A stretch of DNA of 64,000 nucleotides from Octopus bimaculoides (lineage: Eukaryota): assembly GCF_001194135.2 (NCBI RefSeq), contig NC_068995.1, positions 13,755,407 through 13,819,406 of the forward strand. Direction: 5' to 3'. The translations under genes were made by a program, and so were the position numbers. The notes under the pieces are model-generated. The model saw nothing but the letters and a program-made list of their open reading frames with translations, had not been told where the DNA came from and made no database searches. Positions 33,976 to 46,223 of the stretch are shown piece after piece. Each line of letters begins with the position of its first letter. Position 1 is the stretch's first letter.

Positions 33976-36914
33976 TTTGAAAAAAAAAAAATTTTTTTTC
34001 TTTATTCTGCAAATTTATTATTCTAAAAGTGAAGAGAAAAGTGAACCTGTCATTAAGGTATCGTGATCTAAGAACAAGTACACTGTTCACTTTCCAGCAA
34101 CTGATGGTTCAGCACCAGCTTTAATCCAGGTAAATTACAAAGGAGAACTTGAAATTCCCATGGCTGCTCATCTAGTTCATAGTGTGACCACAACTGGCAT
34201 TGCATTTACTGTGTATTTAAGTGCATTATTTATACTGCACTTGTCAGTGGCAATACTGAAATTTTGAGAGAGCCACTGCTTAGTTTAAAGTCACCTTTTA
34301 GCAATGGCTAGAACAGGTAAAAGAACTGAAAGTGTCAGTGGTAGTGTCACACATGAATACCAATCCATATTGATCCAAAATAAAGTAGAACTGTTCATGG
34401 TACGTTAGACACATGGGAGGTGTATAATTTGTAGGCTAGAAGGGTATTGATGAAATATTCTGTGACCATAGATGCTCCAGCAAAATGGTTAAGCCATCAA
34501 GGGTTCAGACCCAAGAGTACTGGAAAATTGGTGATGTACCTGCAGTTGTTTAGCACAAGTTAGTCTAAATCAAACAGACTGTTTAACCATGCTTGTCATG
34601 TAACAATTATGACAGAATACATTACAAAAACTGTTGAGATAAAAGCTAATATTTTATAAGAGATATCAGAGGTCTAGAGTATGTAGGAAATAACTTTAGA
34701 ATATAATCTGCACCATAAGTCAACATTTTCTGTATCAAGTTAATAAAGAATCTCTACATCAGTGGTTCTCAACCAGGGTCCATATGGGCCTTGGGAGTCC
34801 ATATAAGATTTTATTGTTAAAATCTCTGTGCAATCAATTGGACATACTTCTACAATACATGAATCTTTAACAATTTTTTAAAAATACAATTCCTAATAAT
34901 ACTTAAAAATAGAATAGGATTTTAAAAACATCTAATGGCTATGGGGGTCCATGCAAGTAAAATAGGAATCAAAGGGCTTCATAGGAGAAGAATGGTTGCT
35001 CTATATGATCAATCAAACTGCTAAAAATAGCAACCAGATCTCCTTTGAATCTTTAAAAAATAAATGGCTAAACAAAAGAAGGAATGGTTGTGGCCAGAAT
35101 ATTTTTCATCAAGACTGATCTACGGTTAGACAAAAAAAATGACAGCAACAACCTCAGATATAATCTCTGTATAGGATCCAAGAACAGAAAGAAAATGAAT
35201 AATAACAGTGAGGACATTCTACAGTGAAAGGATTCCTTATGTTATTTAGTGAAAAGGAAAACAAAATGGATGTTTTGATAGTCATATGTGAGTATTGCAT
35301 GCCTCTTTGATGAGTCATGCATGTTGTTCCCAACTTGTATTACTACAGCCTTCATGGTTTTGGGCAGGGCATGGGACTATTTGCTTCATGCAGCAGCAAA
35401 ATTAGGTCAGCCAACAATAACAACAGCAGAAATCTCATGCCCCCCCCCCCAAAAAAAACCCCCAAAACAAACACAAATGCACTGGCCAAACACAATTGTA
35501 CACTTTTAAAAGACAATACTGGACTGGTTTCAAGAACAAGGATGTATTAGATAGAAGTTTACTTGAAACTGTTACACAATTTCAACAATTCCAAGGAAAA
35601 AAAAAAGGCTTTGTGTCACTTTAGCCATTTTTTTCAATTGCAGAAAGGGCAACTGTAGGAGCAAGCATGGAAGTGCAATTAAAAAATGTACTTTCAACCA
35701 TATGGTTTTTGTATTCAGTCTCATTGTGTGCCACCTTGGGCAAGTGTTTTCAACCACAGGCTTGGACGGTTTGACAGGATCTGCTTCAAACGCCAATGTC
35801 AACTTTGGCATAGTTTTTATGGCTGAATGCTCTTTCTTATGAGTGGATTAGGGAGATGGAAATTGAAAGACTCCTGTTGTGTGTGTGAGTGAGTGCGTAC
35901 ATGTATGTATGTATGTATGTCATTATATCCAACTCAACATGGATGCCTTGTTAGAATACCTAATTAATACTGCTTCCATAGCTAATAGTTATTATTAAGC
36001 CTGCTGGCTATTTGCAACATCAGCGTCTGAATAGATGCTGACATTCTATTGGTCTCTTTTGTTGAAGTGCTAAGTTATGGGAGCATAAATACACCAAGTA
36101 GTTGTCAAGCAGTGTGTGTGTGTGTGGGGGGGGGGGACAAGCACACATACATATATTGGGCCCTCTTTGAGTTTCTGTCAACCAAATCCACTCACAAGTC
36201 TTTAATCGACCCAGGGCTATAGTAAAAGGCACTTGCCCAAGGTGCCATGCAGGGACTGAACTTGGAATCATATGGTTGGGAAGCAAACTTCTTACCACAC
36301 AGCAAATACACACATGCACATATATTGTGTGCTTGTGTCTCCTTGTTTTCACACCGTGCAGTGGTTGTAAATAAGCATCACTGTCATTCAAGCAGTGTCT
36401 TTCATTTTCAATCGTCTATGAAAACATGTTTGGTCTTGGGGAAATATTATCTTGTTTGGAAAAGAGCAAGGGTTAGCATATTCAGTCTTAGAAGATCTAC
36501 CTCAACAATAATAATGACGATGATGATGATGAGGAGGAGGAGGAGGAGGAAGAGAAGGAGGAGAATTGCATTTCTCATGCTGAAAGTATATTTCATTTTC
36601 TGAATTGTTAGACCTCATGTGAGCATAGTATAAAATAAAAATAATAATAATAATAGTAATAATAATGATAATAATAATAATAAAGCCCCACTGTAAAAAT
36701 TAATAAATAAATAAATCAAATATATAAATAAATGATTTGTTACATAGGCATGGCAGCTCAGATTTAAAGAGAATGAAATGATGGTAAATTAGCACATTCA
36801 TTTCATTCCAAAGAGTATTAAGCAAACTAAAGGAAGCACATTTCTGACCTGAATTAAAATCAGGTTCCAGATGCTTGATTTGTCAAAGGCTGATTATTTA
36901 TATTCATCATCATC

Positions 36915-36975
<61 letters not shown>

Positions 36976-37326
36976 GTTTTGGCTTGGTTTCTACAACTGG
37001 ATGCTATTCCTCATGCCAACCACTTTACAGAGTATACTCAAGTTATGAGTATACCTAAATGCGACCTTGCTGTCCCCAGAAAGGGTACCCATATCTGTTG
37101 CAAGTAATAAATTCAACACAAAATTAACAAGTGTTCTATGAATCAGGACCATAATAAAAGCCTTCACATCACACCTATTTGAAGTAATTTTCTCATATTC
37201 ACATAAACAGATACAAAAGTGCCCACAGTATGAATGACAATTCATACTGCATGGCTTTACACATTTTTAACTACGATGACATTAAACTAACAATAAAGCC
37301 AAAAGAAGGAAGTAACTAAAGCTTAC

Positions 37327-37365
37327 CTCTTTCTCTGTTAATTTCACATGTCCTGGATATACAAG
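37327..37365 (-). CDS. DENND6A: DENND6 coding exon 2 (LVYPGHVKLTEKE), 39 nt
   Basis: Acceptor ttttttgcag and donor gtaagc. Phase 0-0. The peptide matches the recalled human VIYPQHSKLTDRE. Confidence 0.93.
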
Positions 37366-38044
37366 CTGCAAAAAATTAAGAAAATATGTTATTCTGAAAG
37401 CAAAAAAGTTAATTTCTATACAACATTAAATGTCTTTTACATTCTTTGTTATTAAGTAAATAAGTGACTAGGTCATTGGTATAATATAATAGCATGTCAT
37501 TATTTCATATTGTCAAAAACTGGGTCTTTGGATTCATTTACACTACATTCCTAGTAATAACATTTGTTAATTCCCTCCAAATTTTCCTTCTATTTTGTTA
37601 TTGTTCTAAGCTCTTTCATTTCAAATATAGTTTTTGAGTTCTGTTTTGTTTCTTGAAGAAAGATTCCCTCTTCATCTTCTTTGTTGAGATTAATGAAGCT
37701 ACATAACTCTGTGATTCCAAAAGTGATGCTGATAGATATTAATTTCTGATAGGGCAACTCTTGACAGTCCAACTTAAAATTTACAAGACTGCACCAAGAG
37801 ATCAGACAAACTAATCATCATCATCATTTAATAACTGCTTTCCATGCTGGCATAGGTTGGACAGTTCAGCAGGAACTGGTAAGTCAGAAGACTGCACCAA
37901 GTTCTACTATCTGCTTTAACATGATTTCTATGGTTGGATGCCCTTCCTAATGCCAACCACTTTACAGAGTGTACTGGATGGTTTTGACACGGCGCCAGGT
38001 CACCAAATAACTTGCAAGACCCCTCAGCTGAAGTATCGTGTGTT

Positions 38045-38865
38045 CTAAGGCGCGCAACCTGAAGTTTACATTACATAATTATGATATTGGAACAGACACT
38101 AAAATGTTAGTTTACAGTGTAGAGGTGATTCCAGCTCTCTTGAACATATATATTGCAAACCTGGATAATATACCAAAGACATTTAAAGGCACTTGAAAAA
38201 TTCCATCAACTTCAAAACACCTAATATCCCAGCTGGGAAGACAGCTGAATGAAGCAAGAATCAAACATTGGTGCCTTCTACATTAAGAAAAAAAACCAAT
38301 AAAAACTAGGGGTCATGTTCAGCTGGCATCTGAACATCTGCTTAACCTTTTAGTGTTCAGATTACTCTCTCAAATCTCATGCTTATTTATTCACATTGCT
38401 TGAATTAATCATGCATTATCTCACAGCCTTGAATTTTCAAATAATGTGATAATATATTTTGAGAATGACATTGTAGGGTAGTATTGGAGACTGGATCTGG
38501 CCATAAAACAAATAGAATATTTTGGATGGATATGGTCAGTTTAAATGCCAAAGGGTTAAACAAAAGGTTTATTTCCTGCTTAGAGAAGGCTACTGTAACA
38601 GAGGCAGAGAGCAGAAGAGATTGAAAGACATCTTAAAAAAATCACCATTGACATCAACAACTGGGAAACCAATGCCAACGAAGGGAAACTTTAGTGAACC
38701 AATATTGAAGAAGGAAGAGCAGAACAGGAAGAAAAGAGAAAGAGTAAAAACAACACCAACAACCAAGGTTTGATTAACCATCTGGAAATACTTGTCCTGA
38801 ATATGAAAGAACTTTCAGTGCCAAAATTGGACTTGTAAAACGCCAGAGACACCATAAATAGATCA
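38045..38865 (+). mobile_element. RTE-BovB-like LINE 3' ORF2 relic interrupted by a MITE
   Basis: TDTKMLVY...WIIYQRHLKALEKFHQ...WED; after the MITE, KRLKDILKK.. DINNWETNANE.. and a decayed terminal C2H2-like motif TCPEYERTFSAKIGLVKRQRHHK*. Confidence 0.65.
38346..38555. mobile_element. piggyBac-like MITE, 210 bp
   Basis: TTAA on both sides (38342-45, 38556-59). Imperfect TIRs ccttttag... / ...tgccaaaggg. Confidence 0.75.
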
Positions 38866-39524
38866 ACAGAATGAAAACTATCAACTTCAGAGGATAGCAA
38901 AAATGGAAAACGATTGTGAAAAACTAGGTCTTTGAATTTACTTGCTTTATGTTCTTTAGTTCCTCCCATTCAGTCAGTGTTTTTGGTAATCTGTGTTTTG
39001 TGTCTTGAAGGAATGCTGTAATAGTAATACTACACAAGTAGGACTCATGGAAATTCCATATTATATTATATATATATATATATAATTATTCAATATTAAC
39101 AGTTTTGTATTAGAAAACCAGGAATTTATACAAGGCTGTAAAAGAAGTGCTCAAACTAGTTGAGACATAGGTACAAAGTTAATTGCAGAATAAAACCGTT
39201 AGGTCATCGACTCAAAAAGCCGTAGCCCACCAAGTGTTCCTACTCTGGAATGCCAAATTTAGCATCCATTATTGCCTCTTTAAATAGGAATAAAATAAAT
39301 AAGTTAAAGATATGTGAATGTACGCCACAGGGAAACCCTATTTCAAATAAAACCAACTGTAAACCACACGACGATGGTGGAACGGGCCCTTCATTCCCTC
39401 GGATTTTACCTAAATCTGGGAATGAGATAAGTGAAATGGTCGATAAGAATAAATTTCTGAGGGCGGTTAATAATGTTGGAAATGACTTTAAGGGTGGCCG
39501 TAAAAAATTATGTAATTGTAGGGA

Positions 39525-40082
39525 NNNNNNNNNNNNNNNNNNNNNNNNNNNNNNNNNNNNNNNNNNNNNNNNNNNNNNNNNNNNNNNNNNNNNNNNNNNN
39601 NNNNNNNNNNNNNNNNNNNNNNNNNNNNNNNNNNNNNNNNNNNNNNNNNNNNNNNNNNNNNNNNNNNNNNNNNNNNNNNNNNNNNNNNNNNNNNNNNNNN
39701 NNNNNNNNNNNNNNNNNNNNNNNNNNNNNNNNNNNNNNNNNNNNNNNNNNNNNNNNNNNNNNNNNNNNNNNNNNNNNNNNNNNNNNNNNNNNNNNNNNNN
39801 NNNNNNNNNNNNNNNNNNNNNNNNNNNNNNNNNNNNNNNNNNNNNNNNNNNNNNNNNNNNNNNNNNNNNNNNNNNNNNNNNNNNNNNNNNNNNNNNNNNN
39901 NNNNNNNNNNNNNNNNNNNNNNNNNNNNNNNNNNNNNNNNNNNNNNNNNNNNNNNNNNNNNNNNNNNNNNNNNNNNNNNNNNNNNNNNNNNNNNNNNNNN
40001 NNNNNNNNNNNNNNNNNNNNNNNNNNNNNNNNNNNNNNNNNNNNNNNNNNNNNNNNNNNNNNNNNNNNNNNNNNNNNNNNNN
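39525..40082. other. Assembly gap (other gaps: 1984-2139, 18336-18523, 57273-58052, 58670-59086)
   Basis: Runs of N, several abutting microsatellites. Confidence 0.99.
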
Positions 40083-40219
40083 GACTATTCTAAAGGGTAT
40101 ACTAAAAATTAGATTTTTTTTTTTTTTTGGTCTAGTCCATATTATTATTTATTTAAGCTTGCTCTCATAATTATATTCTTTTTGACTGGTGACTTCGTTG
40201 ATGTCTGTGTGTCTTTTTT

Positions 40220-40301
40220 TACCCTGAAGAATGGGTTATCACCAATTTGTGCTCTATTGTGCATTAAATAGGGTGATATACCCCCGAAATGGCCATAGGT
40301 G
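40220..40301 (+). ncRNA. Minimal type I hammerhead ribozyme motif within the PLE 3' repeat
   Basis: Helix I TACC (40220-23)/GGTG (40298-301). Core CTGAAGA (40224-30). Long helix II (40231-85). GAAA (40286-89). Palindromic helix III ATGGCCAT (40289-96). Predicted cleavage after AUA at 40297. Confidence 0.7.
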
Positions 40302-41258
40302 TTCTGTGTTTGTGTTCCACCTATACTCGTAATCCACTGTAAATGATGTCTATGGTTTGACTTTACTGATGTTACCTGCGGAATGGTGAAACTTGGATTT
40401 TACTTTGCCACACTTTGGATGTTCTGTTGGTGTTTTGTCCCTCAGCGAATGAACTGTTGTGTTACGTTTCCGTATGTATTATTTTTTTTCTCTATATTTT
40501 TTCTATATATATATTTTTTTATTCTACTGTATTTGTACCAGTCTCTAATATTTTTAATCAATTTTTAATCGCAGTTTATTTATGTATTTATATTATTCTA
40601 CTGTATTTTTAAACGATTTTTATTCTTATGTATAAAAATTTTGACCTCTCTTTACTAATTTGGTTTTGTGGTCTATGTTGTACTTCGTATATGTGGTCAT
40701 TGGTGGGCTACGGCTTTTCGAGTCGATGACCTAATGGTTTTATTCTGCAATTAACTTTATATATATATATATGTTATTTTTATATTGATGTATAAATTTG
40801 TAGATCTTCATAACATTGTTTAATTATGTGAAAGATTATGTTGTCAATTTCCTTCCATTGTTGTTGAAAGTGTAACATTCAAACTTCATTTGCAGTGTTA
40901 ATAATAATCCTGATTATGTCTTCATTTTTGTTCCATAGTTGGCAAAGGCAAACAAAAGTTTACACCCACCACTCTTATTTACAAATTCAGTCTACCCATG
41001 TCATCAGTTTATAATGGTGACAATAGGCTTTTGTTTTCTTCCCAGAATGTAAAGAAGACATTGTAAGTGAGAGGTGCCATCCATCTTAACCTATCGTCAT
41101 AATTATTTAACTGCACTGAAGTGAAGAAGAATCAATTGATTGAAAGTGACAATCATTTACAACTATCACATTGTCAAGATAAAGAGACACAAATACACAC
41201 AAATACAATATACATATCTATCTATCTATATCTATATATATATAATCAACTCACACAT

Positions 41259-41292
<34 letters not shown>

Positions 41293-43257
41293 GGACTCTC
41301 CTGTCGTTAGATGACGTATGAGGGTTCGGCAGTTTCTTACTGAACAACCACATAGATAATTTGTTTACAGTGATCAAATGTTTGTGTTGGCATAAGCTCA
41401 CACTCTCCCATCAGATCGACATTACCTGTACAGGTGCAACGGGTGCCACGTGTCAGATGTCGAAATGATCAGAGCAACATGAAATTAAGTGCCTTGCTCA
41501 AGAACATAACGCAACGCCCAGTCTGGGTTTCATACACACAATCTCGCAGTTGTGAGTGCAATACCTTAACCACTAAGCCATGCACCTTCACACACACACA
41601 CATTGTGGCTTAGTGGTTAGGGTATTTCTGGTGGTGCATTATGTCTTGAGCAAGACACTTTATTTCACATTGCTCCAGTCCTCTCAACTGGTAAGTTGTA
41701 CCTGTATTTCAAAGGGCAGCCTTGTCACATTCCGTGTCATACTGAATTCTCTGTAAGAAGTATGCGAAGGGTACATGTGCATGTGGAGTGCTCAACCATT
41801 TGCATGTTAATTTCATGAGCAGGCTGTTCCGTTGATTGGATCAACTGGAACCATCATCATTGTAACTGACAGAGTGCTAATATTTTATATATACTCTCTG
41901 AGTGGTTGGCGTTAGGAAGAGCATCCAGCTGTAGAAACTCTGCCAAATTTAGATTGGAGCCTGGTGTTGCCATCCGGTTTCACCAGTCCTCAGTCAAGTC
42001 GTCCAACCCATGCTAGCATGGAAAGCGGACGTTAAACGATGATGATGATGATGATGTGTGTATATATATATATATATATATAGATTCAAGGTGAATATGG
42101 TACTTAAGTTTAGGCACCAGAATTAAGTATAGTATTATCCATACAATTTCAAAATAAGGTGATTTGCTTAAATAAATGGAGTCACATGAAACAATCGTAC
42201 TGCATTAACTTTGGATATCCTTGTTGCTTATTTTATATATACATACACACACACACACACACACACAATGGCTTTTTTTCAATTTCTGTCTATCAAATCC
42301 ACTCACAAGGCTTTGATTGGCCTCGATCAATTGTAGAAGAGACTTGCTCAAGGTGTCACACAGTGGGATTGAACCTGAAGCCATGTGGTTGGGAAACAGA
42401 CTTCTTAATGACACTGGTAATTGGCATACCTTGATTATTATCAAAAATCCTTTGAAATACACTAGCAATATATTTTATTAGAGAATATAATCGCAAAAGG
42501 GGTTGAAGCTGCATTTCTGCTACAGAGCTCTTGAGGTTTATGGAAGGGTTAACTAAACAATTAATACAGGAAGTGAAGTGATTCCAACCATAGATTCTGT
42601 TCAAGAAGAACTTAATAACATCAAACCATATGCTTGTCATACATCATTACCTAAACAAATATTGCCTTAATTATTAATGGAATCTTTTGAGTTGTAAGAA
42701 GCGAAAGAAAGTAGGTGATGTGTATTAATAAATATAAGGGATGTGAAAAGATCCAAACATTTAGTTAAAACTGGGTTAAGATCCTGTGTTTATTGAGAAC
42801 TTACAATATACAGATATTAGTCAACATAGAATACATAAACAAATAATGGGAAAAACACATTAATTTCCATACACTCAATTCTTTGCCCTCCCTATTTCTA
42901 TCAAAACTCTATTTCTCCCTATTTCTATCAAAACAGACAGACCACCTAACTTATGTAAAAAAACACAGGGGAATATTATTTTTCTAATTATAAACAACTT
43001 ATGGCTCACTAAGTAACACGCAGTAGGACATTTACTAGCTACTACTTATAGTACTAGATGAATGTGCTGTGACAGTACACTAACTCTACCTCCTGGTGTT
43101 GTAGAAAAGTTTTGGTGAGGGGAAAACCTATGCCCATAGGTGGTTGTAAAAAAAAAAGATTCAATTTATGACGGAGACTGATTGATAATGCCAAATATAG
43201 AAATGTAACTAACAGTGCGTTTGAAATGTCAGAACGAGAAGTGTACACCCCACCCCA

Positions 43258-43320
43258 TATATATACATATATATATATATGTATATAAATATATATGTAT
43301 ATAACTATATATGTGTGTGC

Positions 43321-43371
<51 letters not shown>

Positions 43372-43462
43372 AATATATAAATATATATAAATATATATAT
43401 ATATATAAATATATATAAATATATATATATATAAAAATATGTATATAAATATATATGTATAC
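43258..43462. repeat. Long imperfect (TA)n microsatellite
   Basis: About 200 bp of TA dinucleotides with interruptions. Many further (CA)n, (TA)n, (ATA)n and (CAT)n tracts occur throughout, e.g. 7207-7238, 11861-11902, 25879-25910, 36920-36974, 62050-62115. Confidence 0.95.
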
Positions 43463-43846
43463 ATATTACCAACTAATTATAGAAATTAGACTGAATTTTC
43501 AAAGACCTAAAATGGTAATTGGTAATTCCTTATGTTGAGAGAGAGAGGAAATGGCATGGTAGTATGTTTAAGAAGCTTGCTTTGCAGTCGTGTAGTTTTG
43601 GTTTCAGTCCCACTGTGCAGCAGTCTTCTACTTTAGAAGACAGGTAAATGTTTAGGATAAGTAAAAGCTTAAGAGCTGGTAACTGTTCAAAGAGAGGTGA
43701 ATGATTGAAGACAAATAATGATTAATGGCAGGTAAATGAATAAGTACAAGGTGAATACTTCAAGAAAATGATTTTTAAAATGAAATAAAGCAAATGTTTA
43801 AGATTAACTAAATCACAAACAAGAGATTATGGGGATAATGGATATA

Positions 43847-44235
43847 TTCTTTTACTACTTTCAGTCATTTGACTGTGACCATGCTGGAGCACCACCATTA
43901 GTCGAGCAAATCGACCCCAGGACTTATTCTTTGTAAGCCTGGTACTTATTCTATCGGACCCTTTTGCTGAATCACTAAGTCACGGGGATGTAAACACACC
44001 AGCATCGGTTGTCAAGCGATGTTGGGGGGACAAACACAGACACAAACATATACACACATATACATACATGTATACGACGGGCTTCTTTCAGTTTCCGTCT
44101 ACCAAATCCACTCACAAGGCTTTGGTCGGCCTGAGGCTATAGTAGAAGACACTTGCTCAAGGTGCCACGCAGTGGGACTGAACCCGGAACCATGTGGTTG
44201 GGAAGCAAGCTACTTACCACACAGCCACTCCTATG

Positions 44236-44238
<3 letters not shown>
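43847..44238 (-). mobile_element. Full-length tRNA-headed SINE, family A (most common SINE here)
   Basis: Head ggctgtgtggtaag...gggttcagtccc, an internal (CA/TA)n, and 3' end ...gcatggtcacagtcaaatgactgaaa. Other copies at about 721-1215(-), 5233-5580(-), 23646-24066(-), 24644-25028(+), 25221-25578(+), 27221-27510(+), 47545-47682(+), 51630-51803(+) and 60430-60780(-). Confidence 0.85.
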
Positions 44239-44276
<38 letters not shown>

Positions 44277-45315
44277 GAATGGTTCATAAGTTGGTGCATC
44301 AATAAACATAATGCAGTTTAGCTATGCACAATGAAGATAAATTGCATCTAGTATTATAACATCTGTTCAAACTCATTAATCAATATTGGTTAGGTAACCT
44401 ATACTGACATCAGTTCAATAGTTCTGAAATTTTGGTTATTTTCAGTTTCCTCTTACTTACCTAAGCACTGTCACTAACTTATTATTGGATTTGTCCATGA
44501 GGTACCTTTATGAAAATCTGAGAAATAGCTGCAGTACTGAATAAATTAATTAAAAATAACAATAACAACAAAAATACAAAACAAACAGAGATAAGACTAA
44601 TTAAAGAACTTTTTTGGAAATTGCCCCTTCCTTCGAACTTCCAAGTTGCTGTTGTTATTTAGCTTCAGGTTAACACTGGCCAATCATATACAAGATCAAA
44701 AGTTATCCAGCTGAGACAATTCCATATTCAATTCATAATGATTCCAAGACCATTTTATTCAATGTGGCCTTTTCCTTTTAAGATGGAAACTTCCGATTTT
44801 AAAATTTCATGGCAATTTATGTTCCAAACATCAGCTTAATAATGACAGAATTTTTTTGATTAAATTCTTCATAATTTTCAAACATAATCAAAACAAAAGT
44901 AGCATATTTCAATAAAAATATGGTAACAAAAGGGTTAGGGCCTTTAGAATGTCTATACTAATGCTTTAGTGTTTTGAAAAGTGTGTTATTCATAATTCTA
45001 TTATACACAAGTATGATTAATAAACCAAAGTAAACAATAGTTATCTAAATTTTTTCTAATTTTTTTCTTTTTTTTTTTTTAAACTTCCCATGTGAAATGA
45101 GCCAGTAATTTTTATCTTTTCATGCAAAAAGTGCCAATTTGTTTTTTTTGTTTTATTTTCATATCCAGTGTACCACAAAGTCAAAATGATTAACCCTTTG
45201 TTAACATATTTTGGTTGAAATACACTGCTTTTATTTCAAATGATTTTGCAAATAATGGAAAATTTAGTAAAGTAATTTTGTTATGAAGAATTTAGTAAAA
45301 TGATTTTGTCATTAT

Positions 45316-45659
45316 GTGAAGACACATAGCTCAGTGGTTAGAACATCAGGCTCACAATCACGTGTTAGTGAGTTCAATTCCCAGACCGGGCTGTGTTATG
45401 TTATTGAGCAAGACACTTTATTGTCACGTTGCTCCAGTTCACTCAGCTGTAGAAATAAGTTGTGACATTACTGGTGCGAAGCTGTATCAGCCTTCGCCTT
45501 TCCCTTGGATAACACTGGTGGCGTGGAGAGGGGAGGCTGGTATGCATGGGCGACTGCTGGTCTACCATAAACAACCTTGCCCAGACTTGTGCCTCGGGGG
45601 GGGGGTAACTTTCTAGGTGCAATCCCATAGTCATTCATGACCGAAGGGGGTCTTTACCC
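45316..45659 (+). mobile_element. tRNA-headed SINE, family D
   Basis: Head tagctcagtggttaga...gagttcaattcc. An antisense copy lies at 5737-6077. Confidence 0.75.
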
Positions 45660-45739
45660 ATTATCATTTGTCATTATAAAGCTACTGTTAGGAATAAACT
45701 GACATGAACATTTTTTGTGGGAAGTTTTAATTTAGATTA

Positions 45740-46223
45740 CCGTAAATCCTCGAGTATAGTCCGCCCTTGAGTATAATACGCAGGGGATTTTTAGGGGGTT
45801 GTACCTATGAAAAACCTAAACCATGTGTATGATACGCACCCCTTCTCTAACTTGAGTCAAGGAGGTCTATATAATGTCCTTGGTTTGTAAACATATACGG
45901 TAACGTCCGTTATTATTATTGTATATATAACATAATGCAAACGTGTAGCTTTTTTGTGCTTTTTGTTTGCAGAAAATAAAGAAATAACAGTAATAACGTC
46001 AGTGAAAAATAAATATTAAGTAAATTGCTTTTCACATATTTATCACTATCAGTTACAAGCGTGACATTACAAAATGCGTCTGAATAAACATTGCCGGACA
46101 GCAAATAGAGACTCAGACATTGCTTAGAAAATATTTTTCATTTTTAACCTCGTATATAATACACACTAGGAATGACCTTTAAATTTTGGGAAAAAAATGC
46201 AGATTATACTCGAGGATTTACGG
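45740..46223. mobile_element. Tc1/mariner-superfamily (Tc2/pogo-like) MITE, 484 bp
   Basis: TA on both sides (45738-39, 46224-25). TIR CCGTAAATCCTCGAGTATA is perfect over 19 bp and 23/25 when extended. No transposase ORF. Confidence 0.85.

Larger units (their letters stand above)
39175..40758 (+). mobile_element. 5'-truncated Penelope-like retroelement (PLE) with 59-bp inverted ends; contains a gap at 39525-40082
   Basis: 39175-39233 is the reverse complement of 40700-40758 (57/59 identical). 39232-39524 translates as KCSYSGMPNLASIIASLNRNKINK...KKLCNCR, resembling the PLE RT C-terminal SYSCMPN motif and the CNCR linker before the GIY-YIG domain. A hammerhead motif lies in the 3' part. Confidence 0.8.

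Noticed and set aside
39175-40758. Reading this element as a TIR DNA transposon
   Set aside because: No TSD is evident, and the internal peptide and hammerhead motif point to a Penelope-like retroelement.
43054-43464. 130+ aa YI-repeat ORF and similar CV-, HT- and I-rich ORFs
   Set aside because: Translations of microsatellites.
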